NCBI GenBank assembly: GCA_965215195.1
Contig: CBDCDC010000002.1
Span: forward strand, 2,080,001-2,144,000
Length of the DNA: 64,000 bases
Direction: 5' to 3'
Source: Candidatus Latescibacterota bacterium
Lineage (GTDB): Bacteria; Latescibacterota; UBA2968; UBA8231
This document shows, piece by piece, positions 9,018-18,077 of the stretch. Made by a program: the position numbers and the translations under genes. The notes beneath the pieces are model-generated. The model saw only the letters and a list, made by a program, of their open reading frames with translations, had not been told where the DNA came from and did no database searches. How positions within the stretch are numbered: the first letter of the stretch is position 1; each line of letters begins with the position of its first letter.

Positions 9018-11663
9018 ATGTCGCAGGCAATAGGCCATTTAAGACCGGTATTCCTGCTTCTCTTGAGCAGTATCATATGGGGAGAAATCCCAGCAAACGC
9101 TCAGTTATTTACCGGGTACCGCCCCGTCGAAGAGCCAGGGATCTACGGAGCACGGGTCCGCCCGGGCGCTTTGGCTCCCAACCGCCGGAAGTGGTATCTT
9201 CCCCAGAATCTCTACTACGAATATAGCTGGCGGGGGTGGGAGTATAGTAACTATGCCCGGCAAAACTATCAGCGCTACGTGAACATTCTGCTCGAAGGAA
9301 CCCGGCAATACGATCTATTTGGTAATTATATCGCCCGGGGATGGAAGATCTACGACTGGACCGAGAACAGTCCGGAGCGGCTCGGAAGCGAGATATTCAA
9401 GAACGCGTTTTACCAGAGCTGGTTCAACAATGTCATCGTGTCGTCTGCCCAGAAAGGCCAATTCCACACTTCCCTGACCATAGGCGATGCGCTCCGCACG
9501 ACCTTGACACCCCTTACCTTTTCCAAGCCGACCTTTAATGGTATCCAGTGGGACTTCCTCACCGACAAGTACGCTATGACCATCTTGGCGTCTCGACTCA
9601 GTGCGCCCGGCTTTTCGGCCCTCACGCAGACATCCGGAGCCAGCCGATCCGAGAACACCTCGAGGCTTTTGGCCGGCAGGGGGGTTGGACAAGTAGGAGA
9701 CTTTGCGCAATTGGGGCTGACTTGGGTCAACGTCGCCAACACTAGCAGTACCCTGACTCTAGGAGATAACTCCTTAAAAGGCGTACTGACCGAGCCTCAG
9801 AACCAGGGCAGCGTGGAAACCGTGGTTGTCCGGATCTCGGACGATTCTCCGGAAACCCCGCAATCGGGGGCACTCCTCTTCTTCGACCAAGTGGTGATCA
9901 ACGGGAAGCCCCATCCGGAAATCACTCCCTTGATACGAGGCGGGATTCGCAGTGAGGGCAACCTCGAGGCGCGCGGCACAGATGTGATCGAGCTGATCTA
10001 CGATATCAGGAATGACTTCCGACCAACGGAAGAGGTGCCGACTTTGGGGGATGTCTCCAAGTTAGAGTTCGAGTTGATCATAGCCAACGACTACCGGGTG
10101 GAGGTTTCGTCCAACAAACAAACAGATCGCTTGGGAGGCCAAGTTTTTTTGCCAGTTGCCCAGGCCGAAAAAGAGGTTATCGACGGGTCCAATCAGCGCT
10201 TCATTAGGTTTGAGTACGGCCTGCCCACAGCCCACGAGGTAATCGGTCTGGATTTGGAGATAAACAACTTAGGAGGCCTGGACCTGCGCGCCGAGTACGC
10301 GGTAAACCGGCGCTTTCGGCGCTTCCCCAACCAGAATTTTGGGGTCAACGACCTCGATCCAGAGAAGGAAAGGGCCGAAGCGGCCTATATTACGGCGTCC
10401 TACAATAACTATCCTTGGTTTGTCTACACAGAGGCCTTTGACATGGCGCCCGACTACAGCACCACGGCCTTCATCTCCAATTCACTGGGAAGCATTGACT
10501 ACAGCGACGAGCAGAGGCACCTGTTTGAGTTCGTCGACGACAACGATGACCAAGACCGCTTTCCAGACTGGCAACGCGTCAATCAGATCGGACTGGTCGG
10601 AGACATAGGAGGGGCGGGAGCCGACAACGACGTCTTCCCCGGACTCGACGAGAACAACGACTTTGTCTCCGATTTCAACCAGAATGATAATTCTAGACCC
10701 GATTATGCCGAGCCTTTCCTGCGCTACGCAGTGGATCCTCCAGAGTTCCTCTTTGGGATGGACATGAACAACAACACACTCATCGACCGCTTCGAGGACG
10801 ATCGGCAGCCGGACTTTCCCTACGAACGGGACCGCCGCGGCTACAATATCTACGGAGGGCTGATGCTCGCCAAAAGAGCGCAAATTACCATCGGCCGGTT
10901 GAGGGAACGGATGCCCAGCAGCGCTAGGGAGAGTCGCGCTACTTACGGACTGCTTGCGGTAGAGGTGAATACGCCTCGGTGGAACATTGGTCTGGTCGAA
11001 CACGCCAAGCTGGTCAAGGATAATATCGCGGACGACCGACTGATCTGGATAGATCCCACGGGATCGGAGAATTTCAGCGATCCTTTGGACAATCAGGATA
11101 CCTTTGTCAACACCTTGTACCTTCAGGCCAAGTACACCCGGATTCGCGATCTGGATATTCAGGGCAAGATCAAGTACGAAATTTTCAACCAGCGGGGAAA
11201 ACAGGCCGCCGTGCTGCGCAATCGCTCGTTCTTCGGCTTGATCAACAAGGCGGGGTACGCCATTCCAGTGGGGGAAGACCTGATATTCTGGCCTAGGTGG
11301 AAGAGCACATTTCGGCGTGAGACCCCTTCGGCAAAATCGAGTCTGAAATCCCGCGACCTCGAGGAAACCCTATTTCTGATTACCCGCTACTCGCTGCTTC
11401 CGGGAACATGGCTGGAAGGCGGGGTCGAATTTAGCTGGTTTGAAAACCTGAAAAAGCGACCGGAAGAGCCGCCCCCGGGCTTTGTCGACGACTTCCGCAG
11501 CCAAGTTTATTCGCTCCTCATTTCCAACACTTCTGCCTACCTCGGCTACCAAATAACCGCGAACATAGGTCTGCAACTGCGGCGTACCAAGTTCAAAGAA
11601 GAGGATACCAGAGATGAATCCATCGGTTTTGTGCGCATATTTGCCAGCACAGGTACAGATTGA
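9018..11663 (+). CDS. Large exported protein with Asp-rich Ca-binding-like repeats and a probable beta-barrel C-terminus
   Basis: Signal peptide; DDNDDQD, DENNDFVSD and DMNNNTLID motifs; amphipathic strands at the C-terminus; paralog at ~28995-30596. Confidence 0.7.
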   Translation: MSQAIGHLRPVFLLLLSSIIWGEIPANAQLFTGYRPVEEPGIYGARVRPGALAPNRRKWYLPQNLYYEYSWRGWEYSNYARQNYQRYVNILLEGTRQYDLFGNYIARGWKIYDWTENSPERLGSEIFKNAFYQSWFNNVIVSSAQKGQFHTSLTIGDALRTTLTPLTFSKPTFNGIQWDFLTDKYAMTILASRLSAPGFSALTQTSGASRSENTSRLLAGRGVGQVGDFAQLGLTWVNVANTSSTLTLGDNSLKGVLTEPQNQGSVETVVVRISDDSPETPQSGALLFFDQVVINGKPHPEITPLIRGGIRSEGNLEARGTDVIELIYDIRNDFRPTEEVPTLGDVSKLEFELIIANDYRVEVSSNKQTDRLGGQVFLPVAQAEKEVIDGSNQRFIRFEYGLPTAHEVIGLDLEINNLGGLDLRAEYAVNRRFRRFPNQNFGVNDLDPEKERAEAAYITASYNNYPWFVYTEAFDMAPDYSTTAFISNSLGSIDYSDEQRHLFEFVDDNDDQDRFPDWQRVNQIGLVGDIGGAGADNDVFPGLDENNDFVSDFNQNDNSRPDYAEPFLRYAVDPPEFLFGMDMNNNTLIDRFEDDRQPDFPYERDRRGYNIYGGLMLAKRAQITIGRLRERMPSSARESRATYGLLAVEVNTPRWNIGLVEHAKLVKDNIADDRLIWIDPTGSENFSDPLDNQDTFVNTLYLQAKYTRIRDLDIQGKIKYEIFNQRGKQAAVLRNRSFFGLINKAGYAIPVGEDLIFWPRWKSTFRRETPSAKSSLKSRDLEETLFLITRYSLLPGTWLEGGVEFSWFENLKKRPEEPPPGFVDDFRSQVYSLLISNTSAYLGYQITANIGLQLRRTKFKEEDTRDESIGFVRIFASTGTD

Positions 11664-11698
11664 TACATACACGCGCAATTTTTTCAGGAAGATGTGTT

Positions 11699-13774
11699 AT
11701 GAGAGGTGCTTTTTTTGCGCTGGTTGCCCTAGGGCTGCTAGTTAGCCCTCGCGAGTCGGCCACCCAGCTAATTGAGCTGCGCCTTGGCGGTGAAGACGGC
11801 CAGGCTTGGGCCGACCAGACCGCCTTGAACGTGATGGTAGATTTGACCTCTAGCCGAGGAGCGATCCAGCCCCTTTTTCTTGATCCCAACGTGAACGTAG
11901 TCACCCAGATCGGCCCTTGGTTCCGCTTCCGCGAGCCGGTCGAGTTCGACTTTCGTCCCGGCATGCCCCATGTCTGGCGGGCTATTGGCTCCATCCGCGA
12001 GGTCGGCCGAGTTGCCGATGCGCTGATATTCGTAGATGGGGACCGCGGCACCTATTATGCCTCCTCAGGCTTTACCGCAGCCGGCGGCCAAGGGGGGGTG
12101 GAAGGCGAGTTTTACTCCATCGATCTGGGCACGCGCATCCCCGCCGAGCGCTTTGTAATGCTTCCACCGGAGGGCACTGAGCCGATCACCCAAGAACCCT
12201 ACGACCCCAACTACTTCTTCCCCCGCTACGAATTGACCGCTAGCAACGATGAGGTGGCGATAAAGCTGCAAGACGGCACTTGGTGTACCAATCACTTCTG
12301 GTGCGGCGGGTTCTACATTCCGCTGGACATTGTGCTGGCCTCGGTGGAGGGCAATCTCGAATCCACGATCGAGGTCACCTTTCCGCGCCAGTACCTGCGC
12401 TTCTTTCGCCTGCGCTTTATTCCGGACTCGCAATGTTGTAGAAATGGTCAAAACACCTCGTTCGAGCGGTATGCGGTGTCCGAGTTGGAGGTGTACGGTC
12501 GCGGCGTCGTGCCCGAGGCCCGCTGGGAGTCCAAGGTCATAGACCTAGGCCAGATCGTCAACATCGGCCAAGTCCACTTCGGCGTCAGCACTTGGCGCAA
12601 GGACGCGGTCGCGTCCGAGCCCCAACCCGAACCCCAAGCACCCACTCAGGTCAGGGTGTCCGTGCGCACCGGTCTAGACGACGAGCCGGTGGCCTACCAC
12701 ACCTACGACGACTTGCGCCAGCCTACCGAGGTGAGTGCCACCGCTTACGCCCGCCTCAAGCCGCGCCGCTGGCCCTTTGACCCGCCGGCGGCCGGCTGGG
12801 CCGGACCGATCACTGAAGACCGGGACAACTGGAGCTTCTGGTCGGCCCCGCTCGAGCAGTCCGGCGAAAAGCCTCGGGTGCCGCGCGGCCGCTTTATCAT
12901 GCTGCGGGTGGAAATGGACAGTGAGAGCCTAGAATCGTTTGCCCGCATCGACTCGCTGGTGGTGGAGACCTCGCCGCTGTTGGCCGAGCGGATACTGGGC
13001 GAGGTGGCTGTGGTGGGCGATTTGCAGCCCGCAGGCAGAGTGGCCCTGCTGCCCGTCGGCGAGCTGACCGAGTTGTTCTACGAAATAGGCACCGAGTTCG
13101 TCGCCGGCCAAGCCGGTTTTGATGGGGTGCGGGTGTTGGCCCCCGCGACCGCCGAGTTTTTGAGCCTAGAGATGGGTAATCCGCTGCAGCCGGTACCTGT
13201 GGATCCAGCCGATGTGGTGTCTGAGGAGCGGGGGTTCATCGTGTACCTGCCACGTCCGCTCAGGCCAGACGGCGACCAGCGGTTGCGGCTGCGGCTGGCG
13301 ACGGCTTTGTACAACGCCTCGGGCACACTGCGCGCTGAGGTATTTCGCCGAGAACAAGCCGGGTTGCCGCAGGAAGTGGAGAGCGGAGATGTCAGCGATG
13401 AGATGGGCACTAACCAGTTGCGCATGGTCGCAGTCGAGTCGTCGCTGGGATCTGTTCTGCGCCAGTTAGAGGTGCAGCCGTCGGTGTTTACACCTCAGGG
13501 GGATGGCATCAATGAGGTAGTGTCGATCCGCTTCACTTTGTTCCAGGTGCTGGGGGGGACAGAGGTGGAGGTGGGCATGTACAGCTTAGAGGGACAGCGG
13601 GTATGGCAGCAGGTGCTGGAGGTACAGAGAGTCGGTCCTCAGGAGGTGGTGGAATGGGATGGCCGCGACGAAGCCGGCGCATTGGTGCCGCCAGGGGTGT
13701 ATATGGCGCGGGTACGGGTGGAGGCAGATCAAGGGGATTCCGATCAATTGCAGGTGGTGGGTGTGGCTTATTGA
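11699..13774 (+). CDS. Secreted protein with C-terminal FlgD-Ig-like domain (paralog 3)
   Basis: Signal peptide from ATG 11699; shares DLGTRIP, WSxWS and FTPQGDGIN...WDGRD...GVY motifs with paralogs 1 and 2; ends in AY. Confidence 0.8.
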   Translation: MRGAFFALVALGLLVSPRESATQLIELRLGGEDGQAWADQTALNVMVDLTSSRGAIQPLFLDPNVNVVTQIGPWFRFREPVEFDFRPGMPHVWRAIGSIREVGRVADALIFVDGDRGTYYASSGFTAAGGQGGVEGEFYSIDLGTRIPAERFVMLPPEGTEPITQEPYDPNYFFPRYELTASNDEVAIKLQDGTWCTNHFWCGGFYIPLDIVLASVEGNLESTIEVTFPRQYLRFFRLRFIPDSQCCRNGQNTSFERYAVSELEVYGRGVVPEARWESKVIDLGQIVNIGQVHFGVSTWRKDAVASEPQPEPQAPTQVRVSVRTGLDDEPVAYHTYDDLRQPTEVSATAYARLKPRRWPFDPPAAGWAGPITEDRDNWSFWSAPLEQSGEKPRVPRGRFIMLRVEMDSESLESFARIDSLVVETSPLLAERILGEVAVVGDLQPAGRVALLPVGELTELFYEIGTEFVAGQAGFDGVRVLAPATAEFLSLEMGNPLQPVPVDPADVVSEERGFIVYLPRPLRPDGDQRLRLRLATALYNASGTLRAEVFRREQAGLPQEVESGDVSDEMGTNQLRMVAVESSLGSVLRQLEVQPSVFTPQGDGINEVVSIRFTLFQVLGGTEVEVGMYSLEGQRVWQQVLEVQRVGPQEVVEWDGRDEAGALVPPGVYMARVRVEADQGDSDQLQVVGVAY

Positions 13775-13814
13775 GCGTAGAAGCGTCGCAATATATCGCC
13801 AAGAGGTGATTAGG

Positions 13815-14582
13815 ATGAGGACATTTGTACTCAGCGCAACCGCGTCAGTAGCACTGCTGTTGGGTGGTTGCGGCTACAAATTGGGCTATCGGCACTTTCC
13901 CGGGCCCATAATGCCCGTTGCCGAGCTCCAGCAGACCGAGGAATTTAACGTCGGCGATGACCGCAGCATCACCTTTGTCAAGGGCCGCTTGGAGGTCAGC
14001 CTGCAACCTATAACGGCCGAAATGCTGAACCGGCAGTTTGAAGTTCATTCGGCCTCTCCGGCGGGCTTTTACCGGGACAACCCGTACCAAGCTCCAGTCA
14101 ATCCGTATACCTACGGCGACTGGAAGCCCTCGGGTGAGGAACAGGCACTGGCTCGTTTTGCGGTCTTTCTGCTCAAGATAAAGAACTACGCCTATCCAAA
14201 GGTGCGCGTGGATCCGGCCTTGATTGAGATCACAGCCCCCAACGGACGGCACTACCAGTCGCTCAGCCTCACTGCCCTGATCGAATACTACTGGCCCTAT
14301 GCAATCGCCTACGCGGGCAATACCTACCAGCCATTCAAGGAGCGAGAGAGCATTCTGAGGAAGACGCTCTTCAACGATGATATGATCTTCAGTGGTCAGG
14401 AAAAGGGAGGGTTTGTCGTTTTTCCTGCGCTGGACGACGATGTCGAGGATTTCGAGGTTCGGATCGAGAACATGACCTTGCGCTTCGACTACCGGGACGA
14501 GCCAATGGAGACAGTCGATATTCCCTATCAGTTCACTCGGGAGGTCAACTATGCCCTTGAGCCGCCCGCCACGAGGCAGTAG
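13815..14582 (+). CDS. Hypothetical lipoprotein
   Basis: MRTFVLSATASVALLLGGC lipobox; operonic position. Confidence 0.7.
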   Translation: MRTFVLSATASVALLLGGCGYKLGYRHFPGPIMPVAELQQTEEFNVGDDRSITFVKGRLEVSLQPITAEMLNRQFEVHSASPAGFYRDNPYQAPVNPYTYGDWKPSGEEQALARFAVFLLKIKNYAYPKVRVDPALIEITAPNGRHYQSLSLTALIEYYWPYAIAYAGNTYQPFKERESILRKTLFNDDMIFSGQEKGGFVVFPALDDDVEDFEVRIENMTLRFDYRDEPMETVDIPYQFTREVNYALEPPATRQ

Positions 14583-14594
14583 GAGGGAAGCGCG

Positions 14595-16253
14595 TTGGCA
14601 CTAGTGGCGTTTTTCCTGTGGCTATTCGGCTGCAGTACCCCAGCGGACGACAATGTGGTAGCCCGGGTCGACACAGTGGAGATTACGGTCGAAGACCTGC
14701 TTAGGTTCAATATGGATATGCCCGCTCTGCTCCGCTCTGAGGAGCAGGGCGTCCAGATGTGGCGCGAACACCTCGGCAGCATGGTTGATATGGAGCTGAT
14801 GTTACTCGAGGCCCGGAAGCAGGGCATCGACCAGGATTCGGAGTTTGTGGGTAAATGGGAGCACGAGCGGCGGCAAAAACTGATCGGGGAGATCCTCCGC
14901 CGGGAAGTCAAAGAGAAGAGCGCTCTTTCGTCAGAGGAGTTGCAACGTCGCTTCGAGCAGTCCAAGTGGAACCGCATGCTGAAACTAGCCCGCATCCAAG
15001 TAGAGACCGCGGAGGACGCCCGGAAAGTAGTGGAAGCGCTCGAGCGGGGAAAAGGGTTCGGGGAAGTGGCCAAACTTCGTTCTACCGATCGCGAGACCGC
15101 CTCCCAAGGTGGCCTGCTTGGTCCTCTCTACGGGCGTGGCAACGTAGAAGAGCAGGGGATGCCGGTGGCGGTTGCAGAGGAAGTTTTTGCGCTAGCGGTA
15201 GGCAAGATCAGCCGGCCCTTCGAGATTGGGGACGGGTACGAGATCTTTGAGGTCGTGGCCGAGAGTCCTCCCCCCGCGAGTTACAGCTTGATTTACGCCC
15301 AAGTCCAGATTACCAAAGCCGTTTGGGCCCGCCGCAAAGAGCTGATGGAGGAGTTGGCCACCCAATTCGGAGTGGAGCTGGACCAAGAAGGCATCGCTTT
15401 TCTGCTGGCAAGGGCTCCGAGCGCTGACGCGGATACGCTGGCTCTAGCAGAGCCGGACCAAAGGGTGGTTCTGTGTCATTTCGCTGGCGGACAGTTGACC
15501 TTGAAAGATTTCGCCGACACCTACCAGAGGGTCCGCCGCTTCCGAGCGGTCAGATTTGATAGCAGCGGCATCGCCGAGTTCATCCATCGGGAGCTCTTGC
15601 CGATCCAACTCCTGTCCAAAGCAGCCCTGAAGCAGGGAATTGATCAGGACTCGTCGGTAGTCGCTTGGCTGGAGGCCAAGAAGAAGACTATGCTGATCGA
15701 AACCTTAAAAGAGTGGGAAGTGGATCGGCGGATCGACTTGGGCGACGAAGCGGTGCGCTCCTACTACGAAAACCATCTACATCTTTTTAAGAAGCCCGAA
15801 CAGATCACCATACAGGAGATTCTGTGTACCACCCGGGAGGAGGCCGAGGAGGTCTTGAAACGGATTCTGAACGGGGAAGAAATGGAGAATCTAGCCGCGC
15901 ACTACAGTATCAGGAGTGGGGTCGAGAGAACCAAAGGTTTAATTCATATGCACACCTATGGAAAAACCAATTACGGCGTCCTCTACGACGAGGCGATGAA
16001 GGCGGAGATGGGCGAGCTAAAAGGTCCCGTCCAGCTTGAGGAAGGCTATACACTATTCAAGGTGGTGGAGAAGATCGGCTTGAAGCCCGATCCCTTTGAG
16101 AAGGCATCGTCGAGAGCGCGATATTGGCTGAAGAAGGAAAAGGAAGAGGAGCTAATCACCGCCCTACTTCACAGCCTGAAGGAGAAGTACGCCTCAAAGA
16201 TCGTCCTATTTGAGGACCGCTTGAAGAAGATGGATGCAGAAGCCGCTATCTAA
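14595..16253 (+). CDS. SurA/PrsA-like lipoprotein foldase with two parvulin-type PPIase domains
   Basis: Lipobox LFGC; VVARVD...IT N-domain; FGEVAKLRSTD...GGLLG and LAAHYSI...KGPV rotamase motifs. Confidence 0.8.
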   Translation: MALVAFFLWLFGCSTPADDNVVARVDTVEITVEDLLRFNMDMPALLRSEEQGVQMWREHLGSMVDMELMLLEARKQGIDQDSEFVGKWEHERRQKLIGEILRREVKEKSALSSEELQRRFEQSKWNRMLKLARIQVETAEDARKVVEALERGKGFGEVAKLRSTDRETASQGGLLGPLYGRGNVEEQGMPVAVAEEVFALAVGKISRPFEIGDGYEIFEVVAESPPPASYSLIYAQVQITKAVWARRKELMEELATQFGVELDQEGIAFLLARAPSADADTLALAEPDQRVVLCHFAGGQLTLKDFADTYQRVRRFRAVRFDSSGIAEFIHRELLPIQLLSKAALKQGIDQDSSVVAWLEAKKKTMLIETLKEWEVDRRIDLGDEAVRSYYENHLHLFKKPEQITIQEILCTTREEAEEVLKRILNGEEMENLAAHYSIRSGVERTKGLIHMHTYGKTNYGVLYDEAMKAEMGELKGPVQLEEGYTLFKVVEKIGLKPDPFEKASSRARYWLKKEKEEELITALLHSLKEKYASKIVLFEDRLKKMDAEAAI

Positions 16254-17592
16254 AGCCTGGTACTTCGCTCTTTTTGCTGTCCTCACCGCCAGCGGCTGTG
16301 GCGACCAGAGCTCACAGGAGCGGGCCGAAGCCGCATACGCCGAGGCCAAGCGTCTGGCCGAGACTGGCCGCTATCTCAAAGCCATCGCAGCTTGCCAGCA
16401 AGCCCTAGCAGTGGATCAGCAGCATCTCGAGGCACTCCTGCTTGCCGGTTCCATCCTCCAGAAGCAGGGCGATTTTGAGCTGGCTATTCGGCACATTGCC
16501 CAAGCCGTGCAACTCTATCCGGACCATGTCGAGGCCCGTATTGCGCTGGGCGATCTGTACATGCGAAAGCGCCACAACGACCTTTCTGCCTCGGCCTACG
16601 AGGAGGCGATTTCGCTGGCTCCCGACCGCATTTCTCCCTATCGCAAGCTCGCCATAGTCCTCAGCAATCAGGGCCGCTATGACGATGCGGTTGCAGCCTT
16701 GCTCAAGGCACTTCAGCTCGAACCGGAGAATGCCGCCACCCACTACAATCTGGGAGCAGTCTACGAGCAATTGGCCCACGCCGATTCGGCGATTGCGGCG
16801 TACGAGCAGACAGTGGCCCTCGATTCCTCTTATGTCGATGCACACTATCACCTCGGACAGATCTATACCAAGTTAGGGCACCTTGAAGAGGCCGAGGCGA
16901 GCTGCAGAGCCGTTCTCCGCCACGATCCGGGATACGCCAATGCTTATACCTTGCTGGGACAGGTGTTCCTCCAGCAAGGGCGGACCGCCGAAGCGGAAAC
17001 TGCCTTTAAGAAAGCTCTTGCCGCCGACCCCTTTGAAAAAGAAGCCTATCACCGGCTTGGGACGCTCTACCTCAGACAGGCAAGAACTGAGGAGGGCCAA
17101 AAGCTGCTGGCCGCTTTCCAGCGCCTGCGAAAAGCGAGCGATGATATCAACCGCTACCGATATATCCTGACGCTCTACCCGGAAGACGCAGATGCCCGCT
17201 ACAATCTCGGGGTGCTCTATGCCGGCCTAGGCCATTTCCCGGTGGCGGCGGCCGAGTACCAACAAACTCTGGCCATCAATCCCGCTGACCTGAGTGCCCG
17301 CAACAACCTAGCCAATATCTTTCTCCGGCAAGGGAAAATAGCCGCGGCGATCGGCCAATACGAGAAGATCCTAGAGCTCAATTCCCGCTATGTCCAAGCC
17401 TATTACAACCTCGGAAACGCCTACATGGCCCTGGGCGATGTGCAGCGGGCGACCCGGGCTTTCCACAAAACCATCAAAATAGAGCCCAATCACGCCGATG
17501 CGCACTACAGCTTGGGCATGATCTACCTCGGGCAAGACCGGAAGGCAGAAGGCGAGGCGGAACTGGAGATATACCGGCGTCTGACAGAGTAA
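16234..17592 (+). CDS. Tetratricopeptide-repeat lipoprotein
   Basis: Lipobox ASGC; many 34-aa YNLG...A...P repeats. Confidence 0.9.
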   Translation: MQKPLSKAWYFALFAVLTASGCGDQSSQERAEAAYAEAKRLAETGRYLKAIAACQQALAVDQQHLEALLLAGSILQKQGDFELAIRHIAQAVQLYPDHVEARIALGDLYMRKRHNDLSASAYEEAISLAPDRISPYRKLAIVLSNQGRYDDAVAALLKALQLEPENAATHYNLGAVYEQLAHADSAIAAYEQTVALDSSYVDAHYHLGQIYTKLGHLEEAEASCRAVLRHDPGYANAYTLLGQVFLQQGRTAEAETAFKKALAADPFEKEAYHRLGTLYLRQARTEEGQKLLAAFQRLRKASDDINRYRYILTLYPEDADARYNLGVLYAGLGHFPVAAAEYQQTLAINPADLSARNNLANIFLRQGKIAAAIGQYEKILELNSRYVQAYYNLGNAYMALGDVQRATRAFHKTIKIEPNHADAHYSLGMIYLGQDRKAEGEAELEIYRRLTE

Positions 17593-17881
17593 TGCCACCG
17601 ACCTCTAAAGAAGTCGGCTTTACCCTCTCCCGCTCTTCCGCCGCGACTCGGTATTCAGCGAGCGAGAGGAGTATACGAGACGCATTACCACCGTACTGGC
17701 TGCTTGGCTTGGAAACCGTCGCCGTTTCCAAACGCCTCCTCGGTATCCGGCCGCAGCACCGTCAGGCGTGTAGATACCTACCAGAACGCGAACGCCAGCA
17801 GGACCAGAGGCAACAAGGTTGCGTGGACCCGGCCCGGAGTCGGTTGAACGCTCTGGGGTCTGAAGGTTGGGTGCTCAACCT
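17589..17881 (+). ncRNA. Putative omegaRNA/HEARO-like structured RNA scaffold, copy 1
   Basis: GTAATGC...GCATTAC closing stem, GCTGC/GCAGC, TTGGAAAC/GTTTCCAA, GGCGT/ACGCC, GCAAC/GTTGC and terminal GGTTG/CAACC stems; covariation with copy 2. Confidence 0.65.
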
Positions 17882-18027
17882 AAAAAGGAAATACGAGCAA
17901 GTATTCACCCCGTCAACCTTTTTCAACCGACTCCGGGACGGACCCCGCCGGGTGCGTTGCCCGCCCGTCGTCCGTTGAATCCTTATCCCTCTGACGTTTC
18001 AAAACGTCAGTATCCCAGGAGGTTTTT
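17589..18027 (+). mobile_element. Non-autonomous IS200/IS605-type (OMEGA-like) element, copy 1
   Basis: Homologous to 36803-37314; subterminal hairpins at both ends (CCGAC-CTCTAAAGAA-GTCGG and CTGACGTTT-C-AAAACGTCAG); followed by ATGA; removing it restores CTG ACA GAA TGA. Confidence 0.75.
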
Positions 18028-18077
18028 ATGATATCAGAAGGTGCTAAAAATAAGCTCACGGGTTTTTTATGGCGATA

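Noticed and set aside
17592-17978. 128-aa ORF inside the RNA element as a possible IscB/transposase
   Set aside because: No PLMP, RuvC, HNH or HUH motifs; indels between the copies follow RNA loops rather than codons.
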